64,000 bases of DNA from a virus, in the IMG/VR virus record IMGVR_UViG_3300018933_000001, positions 82,538 through 146,537 of that record. One strand, written 5' to 3'. The notes under the pieces are model-generated. The model saw only the letters and a program-made list of their open reading frames with translations. It was not told the origin of the DNA and made no database searches. Shown one piece after another: positions 8,194-16,708 of the stretch. The position numbers were made by a program, and so were the translations under genes. The stretch's first letter is position 1. Each line of letters begins with the position of its first letter.

Positions 8194-9981
8194 TTATTCT
8201 TCTAAGATTTCCATAACTTTAACTGTCTTTCCATCTATCCGGATACTCTTAGTTCTAGTAGAGCAATACTGAGTAACATCGCTAGCCTTACCTTTCTTGC
8301 TTAGATGTAATCGAGTATAAACGTCATTAACTACAGTTTTGAGATGAGGTAGAGTATAAACCTCTCCTACTACTAACAATCTGTTTAACTCAGATTTGAT
8401 ACACTGTTGAATATCTACGTTTTTAAACTTGAGTTCGTTCTTAAGTCTATCAGGTAGATAGTTAACAGCTTTCATTCTCTCAGCACCTAGCTGCTCATAA
8501 CTTTCTTTGATGAGGGGGAATCTATCTCCTAAATAGACCCTCTCATTTTCATTTTCTATATAACTAATGCAATTAGACTTAAAAGACTTACTGCTCAATC
8601 TATGAATAAAGCTATTCTCATTCTGAACGTTAACAAAGTCTTGGTCGTTAGCTAGTTCAAATCCAGCTTCAACATAAGCTTCTCTAACACTCAGACCATC
8701 ATGATAAACGTTACTAGAGACTTCCCATCTTCTCTTATCATTGAGCATCATATACTTATTGAAGTAGAGTTCTCCATCTGTTCCTTTACTAATATAATTG
8801 TCATCAGAATAGCCGTATCTAGTATTGCTTTCCCAGTCTATTAAAAAAGCTTTCTGTTCAGACTCATTACCTTTATGATAGAGAGATAGTAGATTAGTAG
8901 TTTGCTCTACTTTGGTTTTAATTAATTCATCAAACTCTTCTTGAGATAGCAAGCTAGCATCAGTATTATAAAGATGATAAATTTCCTTTCTGAACGGATT
9001 AGTAAGAGTTCTGATTCTACCAGCTATCTGTCTAATATCTGTATCAATACTAATTAAAGTGTTCTTATTTTGAGTGTTACTAACGACGTAGATAACTCCA
9101 GTTTCAGAATAGAAGTCGCATCCTTTAAATGCAGTAGATGTAATAAAGTTGAATTTCTTCTCTGGGTCAAGTGCTTTCTCTATCTGAAATATATCCATCT
9201 TGCTTTGGTTGACTTTGTTGTTAGCACAAATAACTCTAACTTCACTAGGACGTAAATCAGCAGCTTCAATGATGTTTAGAATAGAGTTAACTGAATTAAC
9301 AAAGAAATAAGCAGATTTTGAATAATGACCGTTAGGCATTTTAATACCTTCATCACCAGCAGCTTTATAAGCTTCAATAATATTACAAGCTAACTGGTAA
9401 GGTTTATTAGTTTTCTTGCGTTCTACTTTGACTTTGGTGTATTCTCCCCAGTTAATCTGATACTCATCTAATCCTTTCAAACATTCAGGATAATACTCAG
9501 ACTTAATAGGAGTAGCAGAAATATAAGTAACATAATCAAATTCTTGAACTGAATTTAACAATCTATCTATTGCAGCATCTCTATATGAGTAAGCGTCTAG
9601 CAAATCAGAAAACTCATCTACTAAAACTCTGTATTTATCTTTGTTATTAGAAGATAACAGTCTCGAAACTCTATCAAAACTATCATAAGTAACCATTATC
9701 TTTGGGACTTTAGTAGTGTTGATATAGCTAACTAAATCTCTCTCTTTAATACCACCATAAAAACCAAATATCTTCTCAGCTCTCCTTTTATTTGGATACT
9801 GGTCTACTTTGTTTCTAATTATCTCAATAGTGGGAACTGCTAAGATATAGGGGTTTTGGTCTTCAAGAGCTAATACTGATGCTCCTACACCAGTTTCGTG
9901 TTTATCAATTATACCTTTTGGTAGTTCAGTCATAAACTCTGAACAGTAACGGGAATTAGGAGGTGCGTCGATGATTATCAT
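8194..9981 (-). CDS. SF2 helicase-fold protein with degenerate Walker A; putative origin-binding or replication protein
   Basis: Motifs TGVGAS (I, no Lys), AVPT (Ia), VTYDSF, VDEFS (II), SAT (III), TSTAFKGCDF (V), QIAGRIR (VI). Confidence 0.8.
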   Translation of the reverse strand: MIIIDAPPNSRYCSEFMTELPKGIIDKHETGVGASVLALEDQNPYILAVPTIEIIRNKVDQYPNKRRAEKIFGFYGGIKERDLVSYINTTKVPKIMVTYDSFDRVSRLLSSNNKDKYRVLVDEFSDLLDAYSYRDAAIDRLLNSVQEFDYVTYISATPIKSEYYPECLKGLDEYQINWGEYTKVKVERKKTNKPYQLACNIIEAYKAAGDEGIKMPNGHYSKSAYFFVNSVNSILNIIEAADLRPSEVRVICANNKVNQSKMDIFQIEKALDPEKKFNFITSTAFKGCDFYSETGVIYVVSNTQNKNTLISIDTDIRQIAGRIRTLTNPFRKEIYHLYNTDASLLSQEEFDELIKTKVEQTTNLLSLYHKGNESEQKAFLIDWESNTRYGYSDDNYISKGTDGELYFNKYMMLNDKRRWEVSSNVYHDGLSVREAYVEAGFELANDQDFVNVQNENSFIHRLSSKSFKSNCISYIENENERVYLGDRFPLIKESYEQLGAERMKAVNYLPDRLKNELKFKNVDIQQCIKSELNRLLVVGEVYTLPHLKTVVNDVYTRLHLSKKGKASDVTQYCSTRTKSIRIDGKTVKVMEILEE

Positions 9982-9985
9982 TGAG

Positions 9986-10040
9986 TTGCGGAAGTTTTGT
10001 TTACAACTCTATTGTATCAGAGATTATTTAAAAAGTAGCA
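9986..10040 (+). repeat. Element copy R1 (55 bp), overlapping the helicase promoter
   Basis: TTGCGGAAGTTTT...CAGAGATTATTTAAAAAGTAGCA; the last 23 nt are 21/23 identical to the reverse complement of 8133-8155. Confidence 0.8.
10011..10019 (-). promoter_or_regulatory. Extended -10 promoter for the helicase-like gene
   Basis: Minus strand reads TGATACAAT (TGnTAxAAT), about 30 nt upstream of the ATG at 9981. Confidence 0.6.
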
Positions 10041-10052
10041 TCTTAAGAGAAT

Positions 10053-10115
10053 TTGCGGAACTTTTTATTAATCTGTGGGTTTAGTGGATTTAGCCAGTAA
10101 TAAAAAAGTAACAGT
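10053..10115 (+). repeat. 63-bp element, copy R2
   Basis: TTGCGGAACTTTTTATTA...TAATAAAAAAGTAACAGT with an internal inverted repeat. Confidence 0.85.
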
Positions 10116-10145
10116 AAAAAGGAAACAGAATCTATTAATAATGAA

Positions 10146-10448
10146 ATGGAATACAGAGACTTTACCTTACAAATTACAGTAGACTCAGATGATGAGTGTG
10201 TAATTGGAGAAATAAAACAGTTAGTAGGTTTAAATGAAAGTAAGTATAAGTTCTCAGCTAAAACGATATCTGAATTAAAGAAAAAATTTTATCAGCTAAT
10301 AGATGAAAGAATTGAGGAATTAGGGCAAGATGTCTTTGGAGATATTTACAGTGGAGGAGACGATAAAGTTCCCCAGAAGTTATTAGATATTTTAAAGACT
10401 GACTACGACGAGTATATGATGATGAATCCTAAATTCTATTTATTTTAA
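10146..10448 (+). CDS. HicB-like domain protein
   Basis: MEYRDFTLQITVDSDDECVIGEI...FSAKTISELKKKFYQLIDE is the closest copy to the HicB consensus. No RHH or HTH tail. Confidence 0.7.
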   Translation: MEYRDFTLQITVDSDDECVIGEIKQLVGLNESKYKFSAKTISELKKKFYQLIDERIEELGQDVFGDIYSGGDDKVPQKLLDILKTDYDEYMMMNPKFYLF

Positions 10449-10454
10449 ACAATA

Positions 10455-10531
10455 GTGGAGTGTAGACTTTTTCTAAAATTTGTACTTACATATAGTCCGC
10501 AGATTTCAAGAAATGTCTACATTCTATTTTT
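10455..10531 (+). ncRNA. Long rod-like RNA hairpin (sRNA, RNase III site or terminator)
   Basis: Four stacked helices (10455-67/10515-27, 10470-74/10509-13, 10476-83/10499-506, 10484-86/10494-96) with five G-U pairs, followed by a T-run. Confidence 0.5.
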
Positions 10532-10719
10532 GACCCGAAAGTTAAAATAAATAGCTTATAAGTGAGGTACGAGCTAAATACAGAGTAGAGGATTAATAAA
10601 TTGTGTCAGTCCTTAGAAATTTATTCTAAAGTGGTAGAAATAAAATGAATTATTATAGCCAATAGTCAAGTAGAAAACAGTCTCGAAACGAGTTCTTACG
10701 AGTTAAAAAACTTCTACCA

Positions 10720-10728
10720 TGCTATAAT
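10720..10728 (+). promoter_or_regulatory. Extended -10 promoter for tRNA-Lys
   Basis: TGCTATAAT, 11 nt upstream of the tRNA. Confidence 0.75.
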
Positions 10729-10739
10729 TTAAATAACTA

Positions 10740-10811
10740 GGAACCTTGACATAGTGGTTGTGTAGCTGGCTTTTAACCAGTGTTAGGAAGGTTCGATTCC
10801 TTCAGGTTCCA
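10740..10811 (+). tRNA. tRNA-Lys(UUU)
   Basis: GGAACCT/AGGTTCC acceptor stem, GCTGG-CTTTTAA-CCAGT anticodon arm, GAAGG-TTCGATT-CCTTC T arm. No encoded CCA. Confidence 0.93.
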
Positions 10812-10839
10812 TTTTTTAATTGAATAAGAGGAAAAGTTC

Positions 10840-11247
10840 ATGCACAAAGGTAAACATAGATTTTCTTACCGAAATTCAGCTATCCAAATAGTAGAGTTTA
10901 TCGATTTTGATAGTGAAGAGATTAGATATGTTACAGATGTCCTTCCTCATAGCTACGATAGTTTAGACTCTTTAATTTCTGATTACAAGAGGTTGATAGA
11001 TAAGAGATTAGAACCTAAAAGAAGAAAGGAAGAAGATGATTTTGATGAAAGGTCAATCTACTATAAAGACCAAGAATTAGAACTAGAAAGAGATATTGTT
11101 ACAGGAAAGGTAGTAGGAGGTAAAACTTATGATTTGTATTCTGAGAGAATGTTTAGACCTTTAGTTAGATTTAAAGGTAAATTAAAAGATTTACGCAGAC
11201 AGTTTGAGAAATACGTAGATGATTATGAGAAGTATTTAATCAAGTAG
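10840..11247 (+). CDS. Protein with two divergent HicB-like domains
   Basis: YRNSAIQIVE...DYKRLIDKRL and YKDQELELER...RRQFEKYVDDY. Confidence 0.6.
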   Translation: MHKGKHRFSYRNSAIQIVEFIDFDSEEIRYVTDVLPHSYDSLDSLISDYKRLIDKRLEPKRRKEEDDFDERSIYYKDQELELERDIVTGKVVGGKTYDLYSERMFRPLVRFKGKLKDLRRQFEKYVDDYEKYLIK

Positions 11248-11286
11248 AGACAAACAAAAAAGTCACATCTATTGAGGGAGAGATAA

Positions 11287-11670
11287 ATGATTACAGAAAC
11301 TTTAGTTATCTTACACGAAAGTAAAGAATGTCCTTGGTCAGATGCTAGAGAATATAGTTGGTACACTAAACATCCAGTAATTAAACGAGTAGGATTTACT
11401 TATAAATCAGATTCTATATTTGGAGGTTCTTATGTTAGAAGTTACTCAAAAACTCATGGAAAAGAAAGTGGTTATATCCCTACTCCAGTATTAGAGAAAC
11501 TTAATTGTGTTTATGAGGAAGAAAAAGAAAAATCTGTTGAAGAACAAGTTAGATACGGACAAAAAATATTAGCTCAAGATTTATTTAACGCTATGCTTCG
11601 TTATTATCCAGAAGCTTTACCAGAAGTAATTAAGTTGTTAGCAAATTTGAAAGCCCGGCTTGAAAAATAG
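11287..11670 (+). CDS. Hypothetical protein with C-terminal module D
   Basis: GAGGGAG RBS; LFNAMLRYYPEALPEVIKLLANLK. Confidence 0.75.
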   Translation: MITETLVILHESKECPWSDAREYSWYTKHPVIKRVGFTYKSDSIFGGSYVRSYSKTHGKESGYIPTPVLEKLNCVYEEEKEKSVEEQVRYGQKILAQDLFNAMLRYYPEALPEVIKLLANLKARLEK

Positions 11671-11700
11671 ATTACACAATCAATACCGAGGAAGAATAAG

Positions 11701-12018
11701 ATGACTAACTTAGATATAACTTTACCACAGTTCCATTTACTACTAGATCATTACTTAATATCTAAAGACTTAAAGAATAGATTTACTGTTGAAGGGAAAA
11801 ATGTAATATTCAAAGCATTAGTAGAAAAACATTCACACATGATTTGGACAATAGAAGAGATATGTAATGAATATACTGAATTATCTTTAGTTGATTTTTC
11901 TAATAAGTATGCTATAGAAGCAGATGAAGAAGTTATTGACAATTATTTATGTCAAGAAAGTAGTTATGCTTTAGGTTTTACTAAAGATACAGTAGTATTT
12001 CAAGATGTTATTGAGTAA
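11701..12018 (+). CDS. Hypothetical protein
   Basis: GAGGA RBS, 105 aa. Confidence 0.75.
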   Translation: MTNLDITLPQFHLLLDHYLISKDLKNRFTVEGKNVIFKALVEKHSHMIWTIEEICNEYTELSLVDFSNKYAIEADEEVIDNYLCQESSYALGFTKDTVVFQDVIE

Positions 12019-12073
12019 AATAAATGATTGTCCGGGATTTTTAGAAGAAGTGAGTTAGGAGAGGAAAGTAGAG

Positions 12074-12700
12074 ATGCTAAAAAAATACTGTGATATTAAC
12101 TATCGCGGACATTTATTAGAGATTGAAGAAAATGAGTATGTACCAGGAAAATTTAATTATAAAGGTAGTTCCAGAGATAAAATTTTATTTCTAGTTTATC
12201 CATATACATTAGAACAAGTTATCAATAGGTTTAGAAGCGCAGTAGATGATATCTTAGGAGAAAGAATTAGAGAAGGAGATAGTCAATTAGTTCTTACTCT
12301 TATCTATAAAAAGTATGAATTGGAGATTTATCAAAGTAATGCACAAAGAACTTATTCAGCTTTTTTACAAAGTTTAGATTTTGCTACTTGGAGTAATTTA
12401 GGTTATGTTTCTATAATTAAAGCTTTTATACAAAGAGTTGAGGATAGATTAAATGGTTTAGATGATGCTCCTATTCAGACTATTTATAATTATAAACAGC
12501 ATCAATTAGTAATTAGAAAACAAGGACTACTATATACTGGTATCTCTTGTGTTCATGGAGAATCTTGGAGACATCAAAGTCATGATTGGGATTTTTTAAT
12601 CAGATGGTTTAAGTCAGATATTGGTGAATTCTCAGATGAGGAGGAAGAGCCACAATTAGTTGAAATGGCTGAGAATTTAGGACTTTACGAATATTTTTAG
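12074..12700 (+). CDS. Protein with three HicB-like repeats
   Basis: YRGHLLEI..FRSAVD, YKKYELEI..FIQRVE, YKQHQLVI..FKSDIG; C-terminal LVEMAENLGLYEYF. Confidence 0.65.
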   Translation: MLKKYCDINYRGHLLEIEENEYVPGKFNYKGSSRDKILFLVYPYTLEQVINRFRSAVDDILGERIREGDSQLVLTLIYKKYELEIYQSNAQRTYSAFLQSLDFATWSNLGYVSIIKAFIQRVEDRLNGLDDAPIQTIYNYKQHQLVIRKQGLLYTGISCVHGESWRHQSHDWDFLIRWFKSDIGEFSDEEEEPQLVEMAENLGLYEYF

Positions 12701-12709
12701 GAGAAGTTA

Positions 12710-13243
12710 ATGAGTAAGTATCAGCACTATAAAAAAGAATTAGAAGATGCCGTTGAATTTATAAATGATATAGGATGTTATGGCTGGTTAGGTGATGGAG
12801 CAAAAAGTTTAGAGAAAATAGCTAAAGAAATGCTATCTACTATTCGAGAGCTAGAACCAGTAGAGATTGACCCAGAGTTCTTTGATTGGCAAAGTAGAAA
12901 GTTTACTCTATATCCTTTAAGCACTAGCATTAGAGAAGTGTATAAAGAGAAATCTGACGGTACAAGAGTTCAAGTAGGGTTATTTTATAATAATGAAAAT
13001 TTAGCTCTTTACAAACCTAGTAAGTTAAGAAGTCCTACAGGTAATCCTAGTTACATTGAAGGATTAAATTGGTCTACTTATTGGTTTTATTTAGATGAGA
13101 CTAATAAGAAAGTAAAATTTACACCTTCTAATAGAATCCATGAGATATTTGAAGACCCTTGGAGTACCTATGAGTTTAATGCTTTAGGTTATAAGACTCC
13201 TAACGGTACTATTGTTCACTATGATTCTTATATTGAGGAATGA
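12710..13243 (+). CDS. Hypothetical protein, modules A+B
   Basis: KEMLSTIRELE; VQVGLFYNNENLALYKP...LGYKTPNGTIVHYDSYI. Confidence 0.8.
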   Translation: MSKYQHYKKELEDAVEFINDIGCYGWLGDGAKSLEKIAKEMLSTIRELEPVEIDPEFFDWQSRKFTLYPLSTSIREVYKEKSDGTRVQVGLFYNNENLALYKPSKLRSPTGNPSYIEGLNWSTYWFYLDETNKKVKFTPSNRIHEIFEDPWSTYEFNALGYKTPNGTIVHYDSYIEE

Positions 13244-13246
13244 GAA

Positions 13247-13579
13247 ATGAAAATAAGTGCTGAGTATGAAGGCTTCACTCTAAATATCGAGGAATATTCT
13301 GATAAAGAAGGTGGAATTTACTGGAAAGCTACTTGTAACGAATTAAATAGTTATACCTTTTGTTTTTATCCTAGGCTTTATAGGAGTTTAGATGGTGGCA
13401 TTTCTACATTCAAACGAGAAGTAGTTTTAGCTAAGAAACAGTTAGAGGAACAACACCAAATATTAGATGAGAGATTTGCTCTCGATGCTGCTGCGTTTTT
13501 TAGTAATGATGAAGATAGTGAGATGAAGGAAGAAGATATTCTCCAATTTCCCATTAAAGGTACTAATCCTAGATTTTAA
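13247..13579 (+). CDS. HicB-like domain protein (frame continues past the TAA)
   Basis: EYEGFTLNIEE...YWKATCNEL...STFKREV. Confidence 0.6.
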   Translation: MKISAEYEGFTLNIEEYSDKEGGIYWKATCNELNSYTFCFYPRLYRSLDGGISTFKREVVLAKKQLEEQHQILDERFALDAAAFFSNDEDSEMKEEDILQFPIKGTNPRF

Positions 13580-13801
13580 GGTAAGATTGTACATTATCTC
13601 ATTTGGTGGGAAAAAGGTGAAGATAGAGACTTTGTAGGTGAAAAGAAATTAGTTAACACATCAATTCCTAACAAAGAAATAGAAATTGAAACTTTTGAAT
13701 TTATTAAAGGTTGGAGTTTTAAAGAGGGGACAGATTACTATAAAATAATTATCAATAATAAAGAAGTTAAGTTTAGTCCAAAAGAAGTATTTTTCTCTTG
13801 A
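13580..13801 (+). pseudogene. In-frame continuation after premature TAA (73 codons)
   Basis: ...AGA TTT TAA GGT AAG ATT... then open (GKIVHYLIWWEKGEDRDF...EVFFS*) up to the next gene. Confidence 0.55.
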
Positions 13802-13803
13802 TT

Positions 13804-14127
13804 ATGGGATATTGGATAGATAGAAGAAAAGAAGAAGACGCAGAAATTGCGGGAGTATTGGTGAGTATATTTCCTAGAGGAGGAGAGTGTATGGGAAAAG
13901 TAGTACCAAAATCAGCTAACCCAAGTTCTGATGAAAATATTATACCTAACTCTTTCCCAACTCAAGGGAAAGAAGAACCTCCAGATGATGTTAAATACAA
14001 TGAAGAATGGTGGAAATGGTATTGTAAAGAAAATAACTTAGATGTGAGTTCAGGTAAAAGTTTAAGAGGTGGTAGTTCTAGAGATATTATTAGTTACGAA
14101 GATGTTCAAGATTATTTATCTTTCTAA
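13804..14127 (+). CDS. Hypothetical protein
   Basis: ORF track entry 13798; ATG at 13804. Confidence 0.65.
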   Translation: MGYWIDRRKEEDAEIAGVLVSIFPRGGECMGKVVPKSANPSSDENIIPNSFPTQGKEEPPDDVKYNEEWWKWYCKENNLDVSSGKSLRGGSSRDIISYEDVQDYLSF

Positions 14128-14130
14128 GTC

Positions 14131-14289
14131 ATGAATAGTAGTTTCTTCCATCAGGGTTATGAGTTACTAATAGTCAAAGATAATTGTATTTATTACGGTC
14201 TTTGCAGAGGGTTAGGTTATTCTAGTAACTCAGATAATGAGCAAGAGTTGAAGAATGATTTTGTTAAATATGTTGGTGGAGTAGTTTAA
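14131..14289 (+). CDS. 52-aa stand-alone HicB-like domain (not in ORF track)
   Basis: MNSSFFHQGYELLIVKDNCIYYGLCRGLGYSSNSDNEQELKNDFVKYVGGVV. Confidence 0.7.
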   Translation: MNSSFFHQGYELLIVKDNCIYYGLCRGLGYSSNSDNEQELKNDFVKYVGGVV

Positions 14290-14484
14290 TGAAAAATAGT
14301 ATGTATTGATAATTACAATCGAGAGTCTAGAGCAGATGTTCTAATTGCAGAAAATGTTCACAAGTATTTTGGTGAAATAATAGTTGAGTTACTGAATAAA
14401 AGAGAAGGAGATAGCACTGATGACTTCTTTGTTCTTAAAGAAGATGATTATAAGTTGTGGAAAGGAATGGAAGAGTTGATTTAG
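14289..14484 (+). pseudogene. Small phage protein frameshifted by one extra A after the start codon
   Basis: ATG AAAAA TAGT; removing one A gives the 64-aa MKIVCIDNYNRESRADVLIAENVHKYFGE...DDYKLWKGMEELI, coupled by TAATG to the upstream gene. Confidence 0.7.
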
Positions 14485-14508
14485 TTATTATTTAGTGGTA
14501 GAAAAACT

Positions 14509-14670
14509 ATGATATATAATCACAAAGGTTACGAATTAGTTATTACTTATAACTCAGAATCCGGATTGTGGGAAGGTAATTGTAAGTCTTTAGGTATTTA
14601 TGTAATAGCTAGAACTCAAGGATTGTTAGAAAGTAGTTTTCGTGAAAGAGTTGATGATATGGGAAAGTGA
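14509..14670 (+). CDS. 53-aa stand-alone HicB-like domain (not in ORF track)
   Basis: MIYNHKGYELVITYNSESGLWEGNCKSLGIYVIARTQGLLESSFRERVDDMGK. Confidence 0.75.
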   Translation: MIYNHKGYELVITYNSESGLWEGNCKSLGIYVIARTQGLLESSFRERVDDMGK

Positions 14671-15608
14671 ATAAAATGATATATAGATTTAGAACTAATT
14701 ACAAAGGACACGATTTAGATATCCAAAAGAAAAAAGATAGTGATAAATATATAGGAACCTCTACTTTCTTAAATAACAGATGGAACCATGAAGATTATAG
14801 TGTAGATTTCATTATAAAAAGACATCAGATTGAGATAGATAGAATAGTGGAGCAGCAGAAGAAAATGATAGGAAAGACTTATGAGGAAGTTTATCGTGAG
14901 TGGAGAGGTAATACAAAGGTAATTACTTATAAAAATTGTAAGATGCTTATTACTGCCAGAAAAAGAGCTAAGGATAATCGAATAGTGTATTTAGGAGAGT
15001 TTAGTAAGGACAGATATAAAACTTGGATTAGAACTAGCATTGAAAGCATTCATTACGATAAAGTAATTGCTAAGTTTGAGAGATTTGTGGATGAGTATTG
15101 TACTGATTGGGGAGTTAAGGCTGTATTACAGTATAAAGGTTATGAGATAAAGATTTGCAGAGAAGTGGGTTGTAAGGAGTTCTATTTTGGAAGTGTTCAG
15201 TTTCATAAGAATTCTACTTTTAAACATATTGCAGATACTAGAGAAGAAGTAGAAAGATGTTGTAAAAATAGAATAGATAAAGTGATTTATGAGAAGGAAA
15301 AAGTAAAAATAATTAGTCCTAGGAACGAAAAGATTAAAGAATTAGAAGAGTTGCTAACTAGAATATCTACTCAACTAGAAGAACTGAAAAAAGAGAAAGA
15401 TACTTTAACTTATAAGGGAGTAGTTTTAGAGATAGATACTATACCTGATAGATACGGAAGGGTTAAAGGTCTTCTTAGAAATATTTCTAATCCCGCACCT
15501 TTTGTAGAAGATAATTTAGAGAACTTAAAGAAGTCATTCGAGAGTTATGTAGATAAGCTAGAGAACCAGTACCTTTTATTTTGTAAGTTAACTGGTAGAG
15601 ACTCTTAA
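14667..15608 (+). CDS. Protein with four HicB-like repeats
   Basis: YKGHDLDI, YKNCKMLI..FERFVDEY, YKGYEIKI..CKNRIDK, YKGVVLEI..LKKSFESYVDKL. Confidence 0.7.
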   Translation: MNKMIYRFRTNYKGHDLDIQKKKDSDKYIGTSTFLNNRWNHEDYSVDFIIKRHQIEIDRIVEQQKKMIGKTYEEVYREWRGNTKVITYKNCKMLITARKRAKDNRIVYLGEFSKDRYKTWIRTSIESIHYDKVIAKFERFVDEYCTDWGVKAVLQYKGYEIKICREVGCKEFYFGSVQFHKNSTFKHIADTREEVERCCKNRIDKVIYEKEKVKIISPRNEKIKELEELLTRISTQLEELKKEKDTLTYKGVVLEIDTIPDRYGRVKGLLRNISNPAPFVEDNLENLKKSFESYVDKLENQYLLFCKLTGRDS

Positions 15609-15629
15609 AATCTAGTTAAATAGTTAAGT

Positions 15630-15664
15630 AAGAGAGTTAGGAAGTCTTAGCTCTCTTTTATTTT
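15630..15664 (+). terminator. Intrinsic terminator
   Basis: AAGAGAGTTAGG-AAGT-CTTAGCTCTCTT followed by TTATTTT. Confidence 0.8.
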
Positions 15665-15675
15665 GAGGAGTAGAA

Positions 15676-16006
15676 ATGGGCAATATTATTTATTACTTTC
15701 AGAGGTTATAACTTAGAGTATTATCCTCAACCTAACAATACTTATTGGGGTATTTGCAGAAAGTTAGGTACTAGAGTAAGAGAAGATACTTTAAAGTTAC
15801 TAGAATGGAAATTTCATCAGAGAGTAGATTCTATTAACTATCTTGTTTACTTATTGTGGAGTTGTGACCAAGAAGAATATTACTGTACTAATAGTGACCA
15901 ATACGGAATTGAAGATTTAGTAGAACATTTACCGAAATTAGAAGAAAGGATAAAAGAAATTGAGCGTAGAAATACTATTTTAAATATTGAAATTAAGAAG
16001 CTATGA
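15676..16006 (+). pseudogene. HicB-like gene frameshifted by one extra G after the ATG
   Basis: GAGGAG RBS then ATGGGCA; removing one G gives MAILFITFRGYNLEYYPQPNNTYWGICRKLG...KFHQRVDS...KKL*, which ends ATGA-coupled to the next gene. Confidence 0.7.
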
Positions 16007-16305
16007 CTATTAATACAAGTGCAACATTAATTATTGAGATAAAAGAAGATAGATTTTCTATTCCCTTAACTAATGTAGGTGGCTTTGGGCCGAATAATAA
16101 CTACTACTTAGTTAGAAATAGTGATGAAGTAAAGAGGTTTACTAAGTTTCTAGGATATCTAGATTCAGAAGAGAATGATTGTCCAAAAGTAATGGAAGTT
16201 TATGATGAATCTACTAGAGAGTATAAACATAAATTTAATATATCCAACAAGCTACATAAATTAGAAATTGAGTTTAGATTTAATGAACTTTATGTGGATT
16301 GGTAG
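16003..16305 (+). CDS. Hypothetical protein
   Basis: 100-aa ORF in a tight operon. Confidence 0.7.
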   Translation: MTINTSATLIIEIKEDRFSIPLTNVGGFGPNNNYYLVRNSDEVKRFTKFLGYLDSEENDCPKVMEVYDESTREYKHKFNISNKLHKLEIEFRFNELYVDW

Positions 16306-16307
16306 AA

Positions 16308-16700
16308 ATGAAAATAACTATTTGGGGCAATCAATATCCATTACGTCTAGATACTAGAAATTTATATTTAAGTTTTCCTGGTATTGAGACAATGGAAAGA
16401 AATAAAGAAAAAGAAACAGATTTAGATTACATAACTTTTTATGTTGAGGGACGTTTCTTCAGTATTAGGTTTGATTATACTGAGTTTGGTCTTAAGATAT
16501 TTCCTGAAGTTTATGATTCAGAGCTACAGTTTCTATTTGATAATTTTGATAAAGCTGAGAAGTTTGGTTTGTTTTTTAGAAATGGAGAAATAGTAGAAGC
16601 TGATTCTTACTGGAAAGATGGAGAAATGGTGATTTATAAAAGTAAGTTAGATAAATTGATTGAACTAACAGAAGAAGCTGGTCTTTACGATTATTACTAG
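16308..16700 (+). CDS. Hypothetical protein with LxELxEExGLY tail
   Basis: ATG 16308; C-terminus LDKLIELTEEAGLYDYY resembles the tail of ORF 12074. Confidence 0.7.
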   Translation: MKITIWGNQYPLRLDTRNLYLSFPGIETMERNKEKETDLDYITFYVEGRFFSIRFDYTEFGLKIFPEVYDSELQFLFDNFDKAEKFGLFFRNGEIVEADSYWKDGEMVIYKSKLDKLIELTEEAGLYDYY

Positions 16701-16708
16701 GAAGATTT

